A stretch of DNA of 60,600 nucleotides. It comes from a virus (Duplodnaviria; Caudoviricetes). A program made the translations under genes and the position numbers. The notes under the pieces are model-generated. The model saw only the letters and a list, made by a program, of their open reading frames with translations, was not told the DNA's origin and did no database searches. The stretch is from the IMG/VR virus record IMGVR_UViG_3300036791_000464, positions 1-60,600 of that record, one strand, 5' to 3'. Position 1 is the stretch's first letter; the number at the start of each line of letters is the position of its first letter. This document shows, in pieces, positions 38,879 through 49,995 of this stretch.

Positions 38879-39021
38879 AGGTCTTGATTTCAACGATCAA
38901 ATCGGTCGTTCTTGTAGGTGTGAAAAGACGCCAATCGAACAAGTATCGTTGTCTTGACAGGGTCTAAAACTCATACGTTTCGACCCTTTACTTCAAAGAC
39001 GGAGGGGGATAGAATAGCGAT

Positions 39022-39777
39022 ATGACCGTCGTTACGTTCACAGACTACACCCCAGTGCCTCGGTTCGACGGCATCCCTTGGACGACGGTAATGATCGAGG
39101 AGTCCGACTCCGAGGGTGGCCCCTGGACTCTGATCGATACCCAGAACCTGACTCCTGTAGACTCGGATCCAACCAACCCGATGTCTCGCAATATCACCAC
39201 GGATAATGCGACTCTTGCTGTGGGGGTCGGTTGGTACATTGTCTCGTTCGGTGATGTCAACAACAATGTTCAGGATACGCCGCCGACGTTCAACGGGATC
39301 CCAATCGAGTGGACTCCGACGCTTCAAGATGTCGGGCACGTCGTGCTCTCGCGCACTCGCGATTCAAATGGTACAGTACTGGGAACATTCACCAGTGACA
39401 CGCAGCCGACTGACGAAGAAGTGCGCGTCTTGATTCAGAAGGCAATCGACGACGTGATGCCGCTGATCGGAACTGACATCCCCGAGGAGTTGATCAGTGA
39501 GGCGCAGAACGTCGCTTCGATTCGAACTGCGATGTACATCGAGTTGACGTTCTACGCGAACGAGGTCGCGATGAACCGCTCGGTGTATCCGGAACTAAAG
39601 GCTCTGTTTGACGAGAAGGTCGCTACACTCGCCAAGGCTGTCGCGGCTATCGAGTCGGGTGAAAGCCCAACTGACGCTCTCGCGGGCGCGGGCGGGGATC
39701 CGTTCTATGCCTATCCTCCCCAACAAGGATTCATGTACGGTTGGGGATATTTCGATCCCTGGTTGAGGCCGTTCTGA
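39022..39777 (+). CDS. Head-tail adaptor (putative)
   Basis: Position; FTSDTQPT..EV motif. Confidence 0.55.
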   Translation: MTVVTFTDYTPVPRFDGIPWTTVMIEESDSEGGPWTLIDTQNLTPVDSDPTNPMSRNITTDNATLAVGVGWYIVSFGDVNNNVQDTPPTFNGIPIEWTPTLQDVGHVVLSRTRDSNGTVLGTFTSDTQPTDEEVRVLIQKAIDDVMPLIGTDIPEELISEAQNVASIRTAMYIELTFYANEVAMNRSVYPELKALFDEKVATLAKAVAAIESGESPTDALAGAGGDPFYAYPPQQGFMYGWGYFDPWLRPF

Positions 39778-40262
39778 TGCCATCACCTGGCAACTTCATT
39801 CATATCGAAGCGATGGGTATTCAGGCTACCAAGGATATGCTCATCAGAGGAATGACCGCGACGAGTCGAATGAAACCAGCCCTGGAGCTTGTGTCGATGG
39901 ATATGATGAAAGATGTCGAGATCAACTTCACTAGCCAAGGTCGGCGCGGCGGCGGTAGTTGGAAGCCGCTAGCAGACAGCACCTTGGAACGCAGAGCGAG
40001 AGCAGGCGTGACCTCTGACTTGATTCTGATCGTGACCAGCGCCTTGAAAGATTCGATGACAGTGCGTGGAGATCCGGAACAGGATTTGAGGATATCTCAA
40101 AGTGAGATCAGGCTCAAGTCGAATCTTCCATACGCTCGTGTTCAAAACGAAGGTGGCGGTCATATTCCAGCTAGGCCATTCGCTACATTTGTTGAAGGTG
40201 ACGTACGTCGTTGGGTAAAGATCTGCGAGAGATATCTTAGTGACGCGATGAAGAAACGATGA
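39777..40262 (+). CDS. Virion morphogenesis protein (Mu gpG-like)
   Basis: WKPLA.ST, NLPYARVQNEG, IPARPF. Confidence 0.8.
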   Translation: MPSPGNFIHIEAMGIQATKDMLIRGMTATSRMKPALELVSMDMMKDVEINFTSQGRRGGGSWKPLADSTLERRARAGVTSDLILIVTSALKDSMTVRGDPEQDLRISQSEIRLKSNLPYARVQNEGGGHIPARPFATFVEGDVRRWVKICERYLSDAMKKR

Positions 40263-41106
40263 GCAGCATGGTGACAGACGATGTCTTTGGCCCGATCTTT
40301 GATGGCAGCGTTCTAACTCGCGCCGTCTTAGCAACTTTGAAGATGTGGTTCCCGACCTACATCAGAGAGATCGAGTTTCAAAGAGGGTACACCGTCGGAG
40401 ACATTCAAGCTCCGAAGACATACGCAGAGCGATGGCGCTTCGATTCTTATCCGGACGATAAGATGCCGGCAGTGATTGTCGTCTCTCCGGGGATGGCTTC
40501 TCCTCCGGTCAAGGATGGAGATGGAACCGTCAATGGCTGGTGGGCTCTTGGGATCGGGATCATCGCCGCCGCCAGTACCGAGGAGAACTCGGAGCGATTG
40601 GCTAAGGTGTACGGAGCAGCCGCCAGACTCATCATGTCGCAAAAGGGGTGGCTGGACGAGACTTGGGAGTTCAATGGAACTCAGATCATCGACGAGACGT
40701 ACATCGACGTACCGGATATGGAACAGTCCAGAACTATGCGGTCGGCGCAGATCATCGCTGAGGTTCAAGTTCTCAACATGTGGAACCTTTTGGACGGCCC
40801 ATCTGCTCCGACCGATCCGCCAGGTTCACAATGGCTTGAGGTCGAAGAAGTGTTCATCGATGACATCAAGAGAATCGAGGAGGAGTAATGTCGTCAAAGT
40901 CAAAGTCATCCTCCGCACGGTATCGCTTCATCGGCTCTCATGCCGAGGTACTGGAGGGTGGCGCTCCGCTAGCGCCTGGAGACTACATCACGTTGGATCC
41001 GGGACAGGCAACAGGAACAACTCAGACTCTGCTCGACGATGGCCTCTTGATCGATGCCAGCGGAGTGGAGTCAACCGAGGCGAAGACAGAGGAGAGTGAA
41101 GCATGA
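40259..41106 (+). CDS. Tail completion protein (40259-40888) and small protein (40888-41106)
   Basis: Position immediately before the sheath gene. Confidence 0.55.
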
Positions 41107-42554
41107 GTACCGTTCTGATTCGTCCTGGCGTCAACGTCACTCTGCGAACCACTCCGCCGTCGGTTGGTGCTCCAACCGATACCGGTGTTTGGTTCGTAAC
41201 CGGGTTGACCGACGCAGGGCCAACGGTTCCGACACAGATCGCAAGCATGGCCGATTACATGAACATCTTCGGTCAGCGCGTCTCGTACAGCGTATTGTAC
41301 GATGCGCTCGATGTCTTCTTCCGCGAGGGCGGCGCGCACGCTGTTATTTCTCGCGTTTGCGGGCCAGCCGCTGTTACTTCTACCCTCAACCTGAACGACG
41401 CCGCTGCCGCCGTCTCGCTGGTAGCGTCGGCGCTCGGGCCTGGAGCGAGTGGGAATACCATCAAGGTCGGTGTTCGTGCCGGTCAAGGATCGGGGACATT
41501 CGTGATCTTCGTGCAGGACGTGACCAACACGGAGGTCGAGACGAGCCCAGACTTGGCCGATCCTCCGACCGCGATCCTCTGGGCTCAGTACTCAAGTCAC
41601 ATTCGTCTCACTGCCGGCCCGTCGGCAAACGATCCTGTCGTCATCGCGGCTACCGCGCTCGGTGGCGGTAACGACGACAGGACGAACATCACCGATGCTC
41701 AGTGGCAGACGGCGCTCGACGCGATCACGTCCGACTTCGGGCCTGGTCAAGTTTCGGCACCTGGTCGAACGAGCGACATCGGTCACCAGCAGCTAGTCAA
41801 CCATGTCGGAGCGCATTCCAGGGTTGCGATCCTCGATGCTCCCGACACGGGAACGGTCGCGACACTCACGTCGAGCGCAATCAACGCTCGGGTCGGGACA
41901 TATTCGAAGTTCGGCGCGATGTTCTGGCCGTGGTTGACGGTTCCAGGTGTCGTCAGCGGATCGAACCGCAACGTGCCTCCATCCGGTCTGATCGCTGGTT
42001 TGCTCGGTCGTAACGACTCGCAAGGGATGGGCCCTGATCAGGCGGCTGCCGGCGACAACGGGATCTCGCTCTTCACCATCGGTCTGTCGCAGAAGGCAGT
42101 CACCGATTCCGTTCGTCAGAGTCTCAACGGATCTGGAGTCGATGTGATCCGCGCTCTGTACGGGTCTTTCCGCAACTACGGTTGGCGTTCGCTGTCCGAT
42201 CCGGTGGCTGAGATCGACTGGGTCAACTTCGGTTGCGGTCGTCTCTACATGGCCATCGCCGCCGACGCGCATTCGATTGCCGATGGGTTCATCTTCGACA
42301 AGCTCGATGGCGCAGGTCACACCATTGCTAGCTTCAACGGCGTTCTGACGGGGATGCTCCAGGGCTACTACAACAGCGGCGATCTCTACGGAGCTTCGCC
42401 GGCAGATGCATTCTTCGTGGACACAGGCCCGAGCGTCAATACTCCAACGACCATCGCCAACCACGAACTGCACGCGGTCTTGAACGTCCGGATGAGCGAG
42501 TTCGCCGAGATGGTACAGATCGAGGTTTATAAAAAACCCATTACGGCTCCGTAG
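41103..42554 (+). CDS. Tail sheath protein
   Basis: RPGVNV, FFREGG, VPPSG, YGWRSL, EFAEMV. Confidence 0.9.
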   Translation: MSTVLIRPGVNVTLRTTPPSVGAPTDTGVWFVTGLTDAGPTVPTQIASMADYMNIFGQRVSYSVLYDALDVFFREGGAHAVISRVCGPAAVTSTLNLNDAAAAVSLVASALGPGASGNTIKVGVRAGQGSGTFVIFVQDVTNTEVETSPDLADPPTAILWAQYSSHIRLTAGPSANDPVVIAATALGGGNDDRTNITDAQWQTALDAITSDFGPGQVSAPGRTSDIGHQQLVNHVGAHSRVAILDAPDTGTVATLTSSAINARVGTYSKFGAMFWPWLTVPGVVSGSNRNVPPSGLIAGLLGRNDSQGMGPDQAAAGDNGISLFTIGLSQKAVTDSVRQSLNGSGVDVIRALYGSFRNYGWRSLSDPVAEIDWVNFGCGRLYMAIAADAHSIADGFIFDKLDGAGHTIASFNGVLTGMLQGYYNSGDLYGASPADAFFVDTGPSVNTPTTIANHELHAVLNVRMSEFAEMVQIEVYKKPITAP

Positions 42555-42562
42555 GAGGATAG

Positions 42563-43033
42563 ATGAGCACTCAGATGAGAGGAACGCGCCAGGACACATT
42601 CCTGGTGAACTTGCAAGTAGAAGACCCCCACAAGCCGGGAACGTGGTGGGACTTCGGGATCTGGGACACCAAGACCGGAGGCGATCTCGACTCGGAGGAG
42701 CGGTTGTACTATCCGGGCGGTATGCTGCCTCCGTATTCACTCGGCGGTCGTATCCTGCCGCAACAGGTAACGTTGACCAGAAACTACCGGATCGCGCGAG
42801 ATCACTATCACCTTCAGAACCTCTTGGATTCGGTCGGGATCTCAAACATCCAGATCCAGCAGTTCCCGATGGACAAGTACAAGGTGCAGCACGGGCCTGC
42901 GATCTCCTACAAGGGAACTCTGAAGACAGTGACGCCTCCGGAGCACAACTCGGAGTCGTCCAGCGATCCGGCGATGATCACTGTCGTCTGCACCATCGAC
43001 TCGGCTCCAGCAGCAGTTGGTGCCAACACGTAA
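42563..43033 (+). CDS. Tail tube protein
   Basis: Follows the sheath gene; size; VTLTR motif. Confidence 0.8.
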   Translation: MSTQMRGTRQDTFLVNLQVEDPHKPGTWWDFGIWDTKTGGDLDSEERLYYPGGMLPPYSLGGRILPQQVTLTRNYRIARDHYHLQNLLDSVGISNIQIQQFPMDKYKVQHGPAISYKGTLKTVTPPEHNSESSSDPAMITVVCTIDSAPAAVGANT

Positions 43034-43224
43034 TGGCCGCTCGCAAGCCAACGACTAAGGCCGGCAAACAGGCCAAGGTCAAGAAGGTGATGCACGAGTG
43101 GAAGGGCGGCAAGCTCCACTCGGGATCGAAGAAAGGCCCAATCGTGACTAGTCAGAAACAGGCGGTCGCGATTGCTCTCAGTCAATCCGGACAAGGAAGG
43201 AAATCAAAGAGAGGCAGAAAATGA
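43033..43224 (+). CDS. DUF6496-like small basic protein
   Basis: KVMHEWKGGKLHSG...KQAVAIALS. Confidence 0.65.
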   Translation: MAARKPTTKAGKQAKVKKVMHEWKGGKLHSGSKKGPIVTSQKQAVAIALSQSGQGRKSKRGRK

Positions 43225-43981
43225 CAGAGATCGAAGACGAAACACCTACCCTCATCACCGATATTACGAGTGACGAAGCAAAAGGGCCGCAAAGCCTAGC
43301 CGAGCAGCTTCGTCTGCGTCGAACCGAGATCGCCGATACTCATGATGTCTATCTGCCATTGACTGGGTATGAGGAGTTCGGCGTTCAAGTGAAGCATCGG
43401 CTCATGGATCGTCACGAGGTCGAGAGGATCGGTCGCAGGATCATGGCTGAGACGAAGGATCGCGGAGAGCGGAATATGCGTATCCTGATGGACATGATTC
43501 TTAGCTCAACCCAAGGCTTCTACCTGAAGGATGACGAGTCCGATAAACTACAAGAGGTTCTTGACGACACAAATGGCGGAAGCCACGTCATGAACTGGAG
43601 CATGTTTGCGACCTACCTCGGCTGGAAGCCGGCAGACGGTGTGGGCGATTCACGGACAGCGCTGTACTGGTGCTTCGGAGCGAACGAGTTCATGATCGGC
43701 CAATACGGGATTCTCCTCAATCGCTGGATGAACAATACCGGCGTCAAAGTCGATGAGGAGTTCTTGGGGGAAGTGCTTTAGAAATACCAGATGAGATCAA
43801 AGCCGCAGCCCAGGTCGCTCTTTCCGGACAGGATCCTTGGACGTTCCTGGAGACAACCGATCCCGATAAACGGGCGCAGATGTCAGCCATCGCGACCGAA
43901 GTTCAGAAGCTGTTGCTTCTTCTCAACGACGACCTGTCAAGCAAGATCATCAATAAGCTCTCGGAGTCAATGAAGAAATAA
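43221..43981 (+). CDS. Tail assembly chaperone with programmed -1 frameshift (short form ends 43781, long form ends 43981)
   Basis: GGGGGAA at 43766-43772; the -1 frame stays open to a TAA overlapping the tape measure ATG. Confidence 0.8.
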
Positions 43982-46185
43982 TGGCACTCGGTGGATCACT
44001 CGCAGAGATTCGTCTCATCCTGACCGGACAGCGTAGCGTCATCGCCGGTCTGGCTGCGACGAGCGCCGCGATGACGAGGATGGAAGAGCGTGTTGTCGCG
44101 CTCGGTATTGCCGAGAAGGAAACGACTGACCGTAGCTGGTTGATGAATCAGGCGTTGTTCACGATGCGCCGATACGCCTACATGGGGACTCTCGCAGTCA
44201 CAGGTCTCGTCGCGGTTGGACTCAAGATGGGGTATACGTTCAACCAGACCATGCAGAGTTCTGCTACCGCTCTGCTGCCAGTCATGCATAACATGAATGC
44301 GGTACGGAACGAGCTAGACGATCTCTTCCAAATCGCCAAGTACAGTCCGTTCAGATTCAAGGATCTGACGACGGGATTCCGGACAATGTTCTTAGCAATG
44401 CAACCGCTCGGGATTTCGGCTCATACGGTTACTCAGACGATCCAATCTCTGGTCGATGCCCTGGCTGCCTCCGGCCGTACGAGCGAGGGGCAATTGAACC
44501 GTGTCTCGACCGCGCTCCAGCATATGGCGTACATGGGTAGGCTGACCGGGTTCACAGTCAACCAGCTGGCCCGCGACGGCATCCCGATCTTCGGAGCGTT
44601 GAACAAAGAGTTGGGGATCTCAGGAGCGCAACTTCATACGATCTCGCAACTTGGGATCCCGACCCAGACGGTTCTGGCGGCGATCAACAAGTTCATCGAG
44701 ACCTCGCCTGCTTACATGAATGCAGCGAAGCGACAGGCCCAGACTCTCGGCGGAGAGATTACCACTCTCAAGGATAACATTCAGCAGACGATGGGCGCGC
44801 TGACGCTTGGGAGCTTCAACCGCGTTCAGGGCGGACTGCTTCCGTCTATCAACGACATGTTCGATAAGGTCTCAGCGCTGATCAAGAAACAGAAGAACAA
44901 AATCAGCTTGGGGCAGGTCTTGGGGATCGTCGGGACGACATACCCATTCCTACAGCCATTGATCTCGGCGATTGAGGACTTTGCCAAAGTTCTAAACATC
45001 CTCGTTGCTTTCCTCAAGAATGCTGTAATCCCGACTCTGGTGATCTTGGGATTTGTCTTCGAGACGTTTGTTCAACCATACATCGTTCTGGCGTTGAATG
45101 CGGTCAAGTTCTTCACTCGCTTCTCGTGGCTCTTGGTGCCAGTGCTGCTGTTCATCATCGGTCTCTTCGTCGCCTACAAAACTGCGGTGATCCTTTGGGC
45201 AATCGTGATGGGGACAGCCAGAGCGATCCTCGCTCTCTTCACCATGGCGACGAAGCTCCTGGAGTGGACGGTTGAAGGTCTGACGCTCCTCATGAACCTG
45301 AACAGGGTAGCGATCTATCTCTGGACGATTGCGAAGACTGGAGACATCGCAGCCACCGAGGGGGAGACGGCAGCGCAGATCGGTCTTGGTATCGCGATAA
45401 TGGAGACGCGCGCAGCGATCATCAAACAAATAGCTGCGGTTAGAGCATTGGGTGTGGCTTTCTTAGGTTTGCTCGCGGACATTCCGATAATCGGCTGGAT
45501 TGCTCTAGCTGTGATTGCGTTGACTGTTCTATACTTCAAATGGAAGTGGTTCCACAACCTTGTCAATGATGTGTTCAAATGGATGTGGAAGAACTGGATG
45601 CTCATCGTCGGGATCATACTCTACCTCAATCCTCTCTTCGGATTGCTCGTTTTGGTCGCCATCCTCCTCGCAAAGCACTGGAAGGCAGTTTGGAAGGAGA
45701 TCAAGCCTGTCTATGACATAGTTGTAGCGTTCTTCAAGTTCGTCGTGCAAAACTGGAGATTGCTCGGCCCGCTGTTCCTGCTTCCGTTCGGCCCGTTCGC
45801 GGTCATTCTGGGCGAGATTGCCACTCACTGGCAAACAATCATCGGCTGGATCAAATCAGCTATCGATTGGGTCAAGAAGTTCGCCAACGCTTGGAAGGAT
45901 ATCCCTGCGCTACCGTGGGTGGTGAAGCAACTGGGAGCGTTGGGCAAGACCGCTGGGCTCTCAGATGTCAATCTGCCGTTGGCTATGGCGACAGGTGGCG
46001 GACAAATCGCTAGTATCAACTCGCAAGTCAGCCAGATCGAGAAGTCTAACTGGTTGTCTTCGAAGGAGAAAGCGAAGCTTGTTACCGAGATCCACAATTA
46101 CATCCACATCGATGGGAAGCAAGTAGCCAGCAGCGTCGCTAAGCACCGTCAGAAGCAGATAGCTCGCGGAGCGAAACAGCCATGA
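43981..46185 (+). CDS. Tape measure protein
   Basis: SPF motif, hydrophobic/Trp-periodic region, position. Confidence 0.88.
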   Translation: MALGGSLAEIRLILTGQRSVIAGLAATSAAMTRMEERVVALGIAEKETTDRSWLMNQALFTMRRYAYMGTLAVTGLVAVGLKMGYTFNQTMQSSATALLPVMHNMNAVRNELDDLFQIAKYSPFRFKDLTTGFRTMFLAMQPLGISAHTVTQTIQSLVDALAASGRTSEGQLNRVSTALQHMAYMGRLTGFTVNQLARDGIPIFGALNKELGISGAQLHTISQLGIPTQTVLAAINKFIETSPAYMNAAKRQAQTLGGEITTLKDNIQQTMGALTLGSFNRVQGGLLPSINDMFDKVSALIKKQKNKISLGQVLGIVGTTYPFLQPLISAIEDFAKVLNILVAFLKNAVIPTLVILGFVFETFVQPYIVLALNAVKFFTRFSWLLVPVLLFIIGLFVAYKTAVILWAIVMGTARAILALFTMATKLLEWTVEGLTLLMNLNRVAIYLWTIAKTGDIAATEGETAAQIGLGIAIMETRAAIIKQIAAVRALGVAFLGLLADIPIIGWIALAVIALTVLYFKWKWFHNLVNDVFKWMWKNWMLIVGIILYLNPLFGLLVLVAILLAKHWKAVWKEIKPVYDIVVAFFKFVVQNWRLLGPLFLLPFGPFAVILGEIATHWQTIIGWIKSAIDWVKKFANAWKDIPALPWVVKQLGALGKTAGLSDVNLPLAMATGGGQIASINSQVSQIEKSNWLSSKEKAKLVTEIHNYIHIDGKQVASSVAKHRQKQIARGAKQP

Positions 46186-46817
46186 GGCCGCCAGACAAAT
46201 ATTTCTACTACTTCCGGTCGAGCGCTGGTCCAGTTGTGAAGGTTCTGAGAGGAGACAACCCTGCGCAGATCGTTGGCGGTGAGGGCGGTTGGAACATGAT
46301 CTCGCGTCCGCGCCGGACGAGTTTGACGCAATGGGGAGGTCGCGAGCCGTATCAGATGGATGTTCCCGTTCTCTTCGATGGTTGGAGACTTCAAGAGAGC
46401 GTCGAGATACAGATACGCAGACTTCAGAGTATGTCGGTCGGATCCGACTTCAATCCTCCGCCCACAATCAAGATCGATGGGGCGTTACCTATTGGCGGAG
46501 CGACCTGGGTCATCTCTAGCATCGATTGGGGGACAGAAGTCTTTTGGGCTCAGAATCCGCGCGGTCAGTTTTACAGGATGCGTCAGGACGCGGTTGTTCA
46601 TCTTCTCCAGTACGAAGCCGAGCAGAGATTGAAGATCACCATTACCAACTCGCTTCCGAACCAGTACATTGTTCAGAAAGGACAGACGATCTCTCTCAAG
46701 ACCATAGCTCAGGCGATGTATGGAAACCCGAGCCGCTGGAAGGATATCCAGGCAGCCAATCCTTCTATCCGTGATCCGAACAAGGTCATCGGTCTGAAGA
46801 CAATAAGGATCCCCTGA
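46182..46817 (+). CDS. LysM-containing tail tube initiator/baseplate protein
   Basis: IAQAMYGNPSRWKDIQAANP. Confidence 0.8.
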   Translation: MRPPDKYFYYFRSSAGPVVKVLRGDNPAQIVGGEGGWNMISRPRRTSLTQWGGREPYQMDVPVLFDGWRLQESVEIQIRRLQSMSVGSDFNPPPTIKIDGALPIGGATWVISSIDWGTEVFWAQNPRGQFYRMRQDAVVHLLQYEAEQRLKITITNSLPNQYIVQKGQTISLKTIAQAMYGNPSRWKDIQAANPSIRDPNKVIGLKTIRIP

Positions 46818-49048
46818 TGCCTAAGAAGACAGCACTCACCGCAGTCAAGAAGCTGGAGCTTTCGAAGATCGACTCATCTCAGATCCAGCGCGAGCTGATG
46901 GGGGACGATCTCGATCTTGAGAAACTCGTTGTCTATTTGAAGAGTCAGATTCTCTTCGACACTACGGACAGGGTGATCGACGTTCAAGTAAATCGTACCA
47001 TCGACGGCGCGAGTACGATTGATGTATCTTTGAACGACTACGACCGTGCGATTCTTCGCTCCTGGGCTCTCAATGCGAAGCTCGATGTCGAGATCGACGG
47101 TATGTGGTTTCGTCTCGTCTCTTGTTCAAAGAGCGCAACCGACGATATCCTTCAGCTGACGTTCGAGCAGCGCGAGATTGCTCTGCTGCGCTCGTACCCG
47201 AAGCCGGATACAACAGCATACACGATTGAGAACGCGAAGAAATGGGTCAAGTGGGCGAACCGAGACAAAACGACGCGCGCTCAGTTTGTTCTCAACCTTG
47301 TCCGTGAGGTCAAAGAAATAGACATCCCCGTTGTGATCCCTTATCTTCAACAGGTTCAGCTAGTTGCTAAGAGTACCGACCTAACAGGGCCAGTCACAGG
47401 AGAATCCGTCGCGTCTTCGAATGGGATCCCCGCCGACTACAATCAGTATAAATCAACTCAGGCTCCGGTCGGCCCTGGCAAGGGAGCGAAGGCAAACACA
47501 GTTACAGTCACCAGACCTCAGGCACTTACTTCTAAACATGTCAGAGCGACGAGGGATCAAATCCAGAATGCCAACACCATTCTGACTATGGGGCAGCAGA
47601 TGGGAGCGCGGCGCAAGGTACTCGTCTGCGGGATCATGACAGCGATCCAGGAGAGTAACCTCACCAACCTTTCTGGCGGCGACGGTACCAGCGTCGGTCT
47701 CTTCCAGCAGATCGACACCGGCTGGGGAAGCTACGCCGAACGTCACGATCCTGCTACTGCGTCCAGAATGTTCTTTGAACATTGTATCAGAGATGATGCG
47801 AGTCAGTCTGGTCTTAGCTTCAACGATCTCTGTCAAACTGTACAAGGATCCGGGCACCCTGATCTCTACGGACAGTGGCGCTGGGAAGCAGAACGGTTCG
47901 CGAACGCATTCGGTGTTCCACCTGGCGGCGAAGGAAACGCAGTCACGGGTGGTGCTTCTGGTACGGACTCAACAGCAGAAGGGAACTCAGCTACTGCGAA
48001 CTTGATGGGTCAGGCTTGGACAAATAGCGGAGCAGACAACGCTTACTTCTACTATCGCGGCATACCGCCAACACGCAATCGTGGCTGGTGGAAGCGCGAG
48101 GACAACTGGACTTGCATTCAGAGGTTGGCGAGCGAGGTCGGCTGGCGAGCGTTCTTCATTGGTGGCGTCTTCTACTTCTTGGATGACAATGACTTGTTCA
48201 AGACGCAGCCAATCGCGACCGTCGCAGAGGATACTCCGGGTGTGATGGGGATTGGGTTTGACTACGATGTCGGGCGCAAAGGGGCCACAGTCGATCTCCC
48301 CTGTGAGGTTGGTCTCTGGCTCGCACCGCCCGGATCTGTGATTGTTCTTGAGTCATTGGGCCCGCTGGATGGTCGTTGGCTCGTCAACTCTTTCTCACGT
48401 AGCCTCTTCGACTCCAATGCTGACATCGCTTTGACGAAGCCGCAGCCGAAGCTACCAGAGCCTGCAAAGTCAACCGTCAAGATGCCGACCTGGGGAGCGG
48501 TCGGAGCTATGTCAGGTAGCTCGCTTGGCGTAATCACTCCGGCCGAAGGAGCGCCTGGAACTGCTGCGGCCTTTGGTGGCACTCCTGGGATGAATGACGG
48601 ATCTCGAAAGGCAGTTGTCGCTGTAGCAGAAAAGGCTGTTCAAGTAAACAAAACGTGGCACTACCACTATCCTCATGAAGAGGGCGGTGCAGGCCCAGGA
48701 GCAGCGAGGCCGATCCCGAACACTCTTTGGAGCGCGCAGGCACATTCCGCGCTCGACTGTTCAGCATTTGCTACTCTTTGCTACAAGGAGGCTGGTTGCG
48801 CCGATCCGAATAACGCCAACTATGACGGGAGCGGGAACACAGGTACACTTGTAGCGAATGGTGTTCCTGTCAACGTGCCGAAGCCAGGTGATCTGATCTT
48901 CTATCATGGCACTCTCGGGTTCCCAGGACACGTAACTGTCTACATCGGCGGAGGAATGGTCGCATCTTGCGGTAGCGAGCAAGGTGTCATCACATATCCG
49001 ATCAACGGCGACGGCCCGTTGGTGGCGATGAGGAGCTACTTGCCGTGA
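46817..49048 (+). CDS. Baseplate hub with lysozyme-like insert and C-terminal NlpC/P60 peptidase
   Basis: QES...SVGLFQQ; LDCSAF, PGDLIFY, GHV. Confidence 0.8.
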   Translation: MPKKTALTAVKKLELSKIDSSQIQRELMGDDLDLEKLVVYLKSQILFDTTDRVIDVQVNRTIDGASTIDVSLNDYDRAILRSWALNAKLDVEIDGMWFRLVSCSKSATDDILQLTFEQREIALLRSYPKPDTTAYTIENAKKWVKWANRDKTTRAQFVLNLVREVKEIDIPVVIPYLQQVQLVAKSTDLTGPVTGESVASSNGIPADYNQYKSTQAPVGPGKGAKANTVTVTRPQALTSKHVRATRDQIQNANTILTMGQQMGARRKVLVCGIMTAIQESNLTNLSGGDGTSVGLFQQIDTGWGSYAERHDPATASRMFFEHCIRDDASQSGLSFNDLCQTVQGSGHPDLYGQWRWEAERFANAFGVPPGGEGNAVTGGASGTDSTAEGNSATANLMGQAWTNSGADNAYFYYRGIPPTRNRGWWKREDNWTCIQRLASEVGWRAFFIGGVFYFLDDNDLFKTQPIATVAEDTPGVMGIGFDYDVGRKGATVDLPCEVGLWLAPPGSVIVLESLGPLDGRWLVNSFSRSLFDSNADIALTKPQPKLPEPAKSTVKMPTWGAVGAMSGSSLGVITPAEGAPGTAAAFGGTPGMNDGSRKAVVAVAEKAVQVNKTWHYHYPHEEGGAGPGAARPIPNTLWSAQAHSALDCSAFATLCYKEAGCADPNNANYDGSGNTGTLVANGVPVNVPKPGDLIFYHGTLGFPGHVTVYIGGGMVASCGSEQGVITYPINGDGPLVAMRSYLP

Positions 49049-49995
49049 GTGATATCTATCAGGATACACTGCCACCGGAAGTTTCGCTCGGGCAACTGTA
49101 CAAGGCTATTGTTCACAAGTATCCGGCGAATCCGGACGACTCAATGGATGTGATTATTCCCGACATCAATCCGGATATCGTCTTCCATAACGTCCGCTGG
49201 AACGCAGTAGACAACAGTGTCGTTCCGTCTGAGACCGACGCCGTGTTGGTTGTCTTCGATAATCAGAACGAGCCGTGGGTGATTACCGAAGGTCAGAGTA
49301 GCGGCGGTGGTAGTGGTGTCCTGATGACCGGCACATGGGTCTGGACGACTGCTGTCAATGCCGCGACCGAAGGTGATGTCAAGGTCAACGCCGCTACCTG
49401 GGCAGCAGCGACGCAGGTGATGATAAACAAGACTGACATCAATAGTCACGATATCACCAATGTCTTGAAAACGATTCAACCTGATGATCAGTTCTATCTT
49501 CAAGATTCGGCTGATTCGACTAAGTGGGGTCACTTCAAGGTAACGAACGCTTTCAACGATCAGGGGACTTGGGGATCTTTTACGGTCGCTTATGTCGATT
49601 CGTCAGGAACTCCTCCAGCCAATAACGAGGATACGCTGGTCACCGTACGGGCATCTGGTACTCCTGGCCCTCCGGGGCCAACAGGTCCACCCGGCCCGAC
49701 AGGGCCAGCGGGCCCAACCGGCCCGACTGGTGCAACCGGGCCGCAAGGCCCGATAGGGAACACAGGGCCGGCAGGCCCGATTGGGCCTCAAGGCTCACAA
49801 GGGCCGCAAGGTAATACTGGCGCGACCGGCCCGCAAGGGCCAATTGGCAATACCGGCCCGACTGGCGCAACTGGCCCTCAAGGGACACGTGGCTCGCTTT
49901 GGACGTCAGCCAGTGGAGCGCCAGTCTCGACCGGCAACAATCCTGGAGACCAGTATATGGATACAGCAACTGGCGACGTATATCAATGGAGCTAA
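49045..49995 (+). CDS. Baseplate spike-like protein with collagen repeats
   Basis: N-terminal [13 protein letters not shown]; long Gly-X-Y run. Confidence 0.65.
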   Translation: MSDIYQDTLPPEVSLGQLYKAIVHKYPANPDDSMDVIIPDINPDIVFHNVRWNAVDNSVVPSETDAVLVVFDNQNEPWVITEGQSSGGGSGVLMTGTWVWTTAVNAATEGDVKVNAATWAAATQVMINKTDINSHDITNVLKTIQPDDQFYLQDSADSTKWGHFKVTNAFNDQGTWGSFTVAYVDSSGTPPANNEDTLVTVRASGTPGPPGPTGPPGPTGPAGPTGPTGATGPQGPIGNTGPAGPIGPQGSQGPQGNTGATGPQGPIGNTGPTGATGPQGTRGSLWTSASGAPVSTGNNPGDQYMDTATGDVYQWS

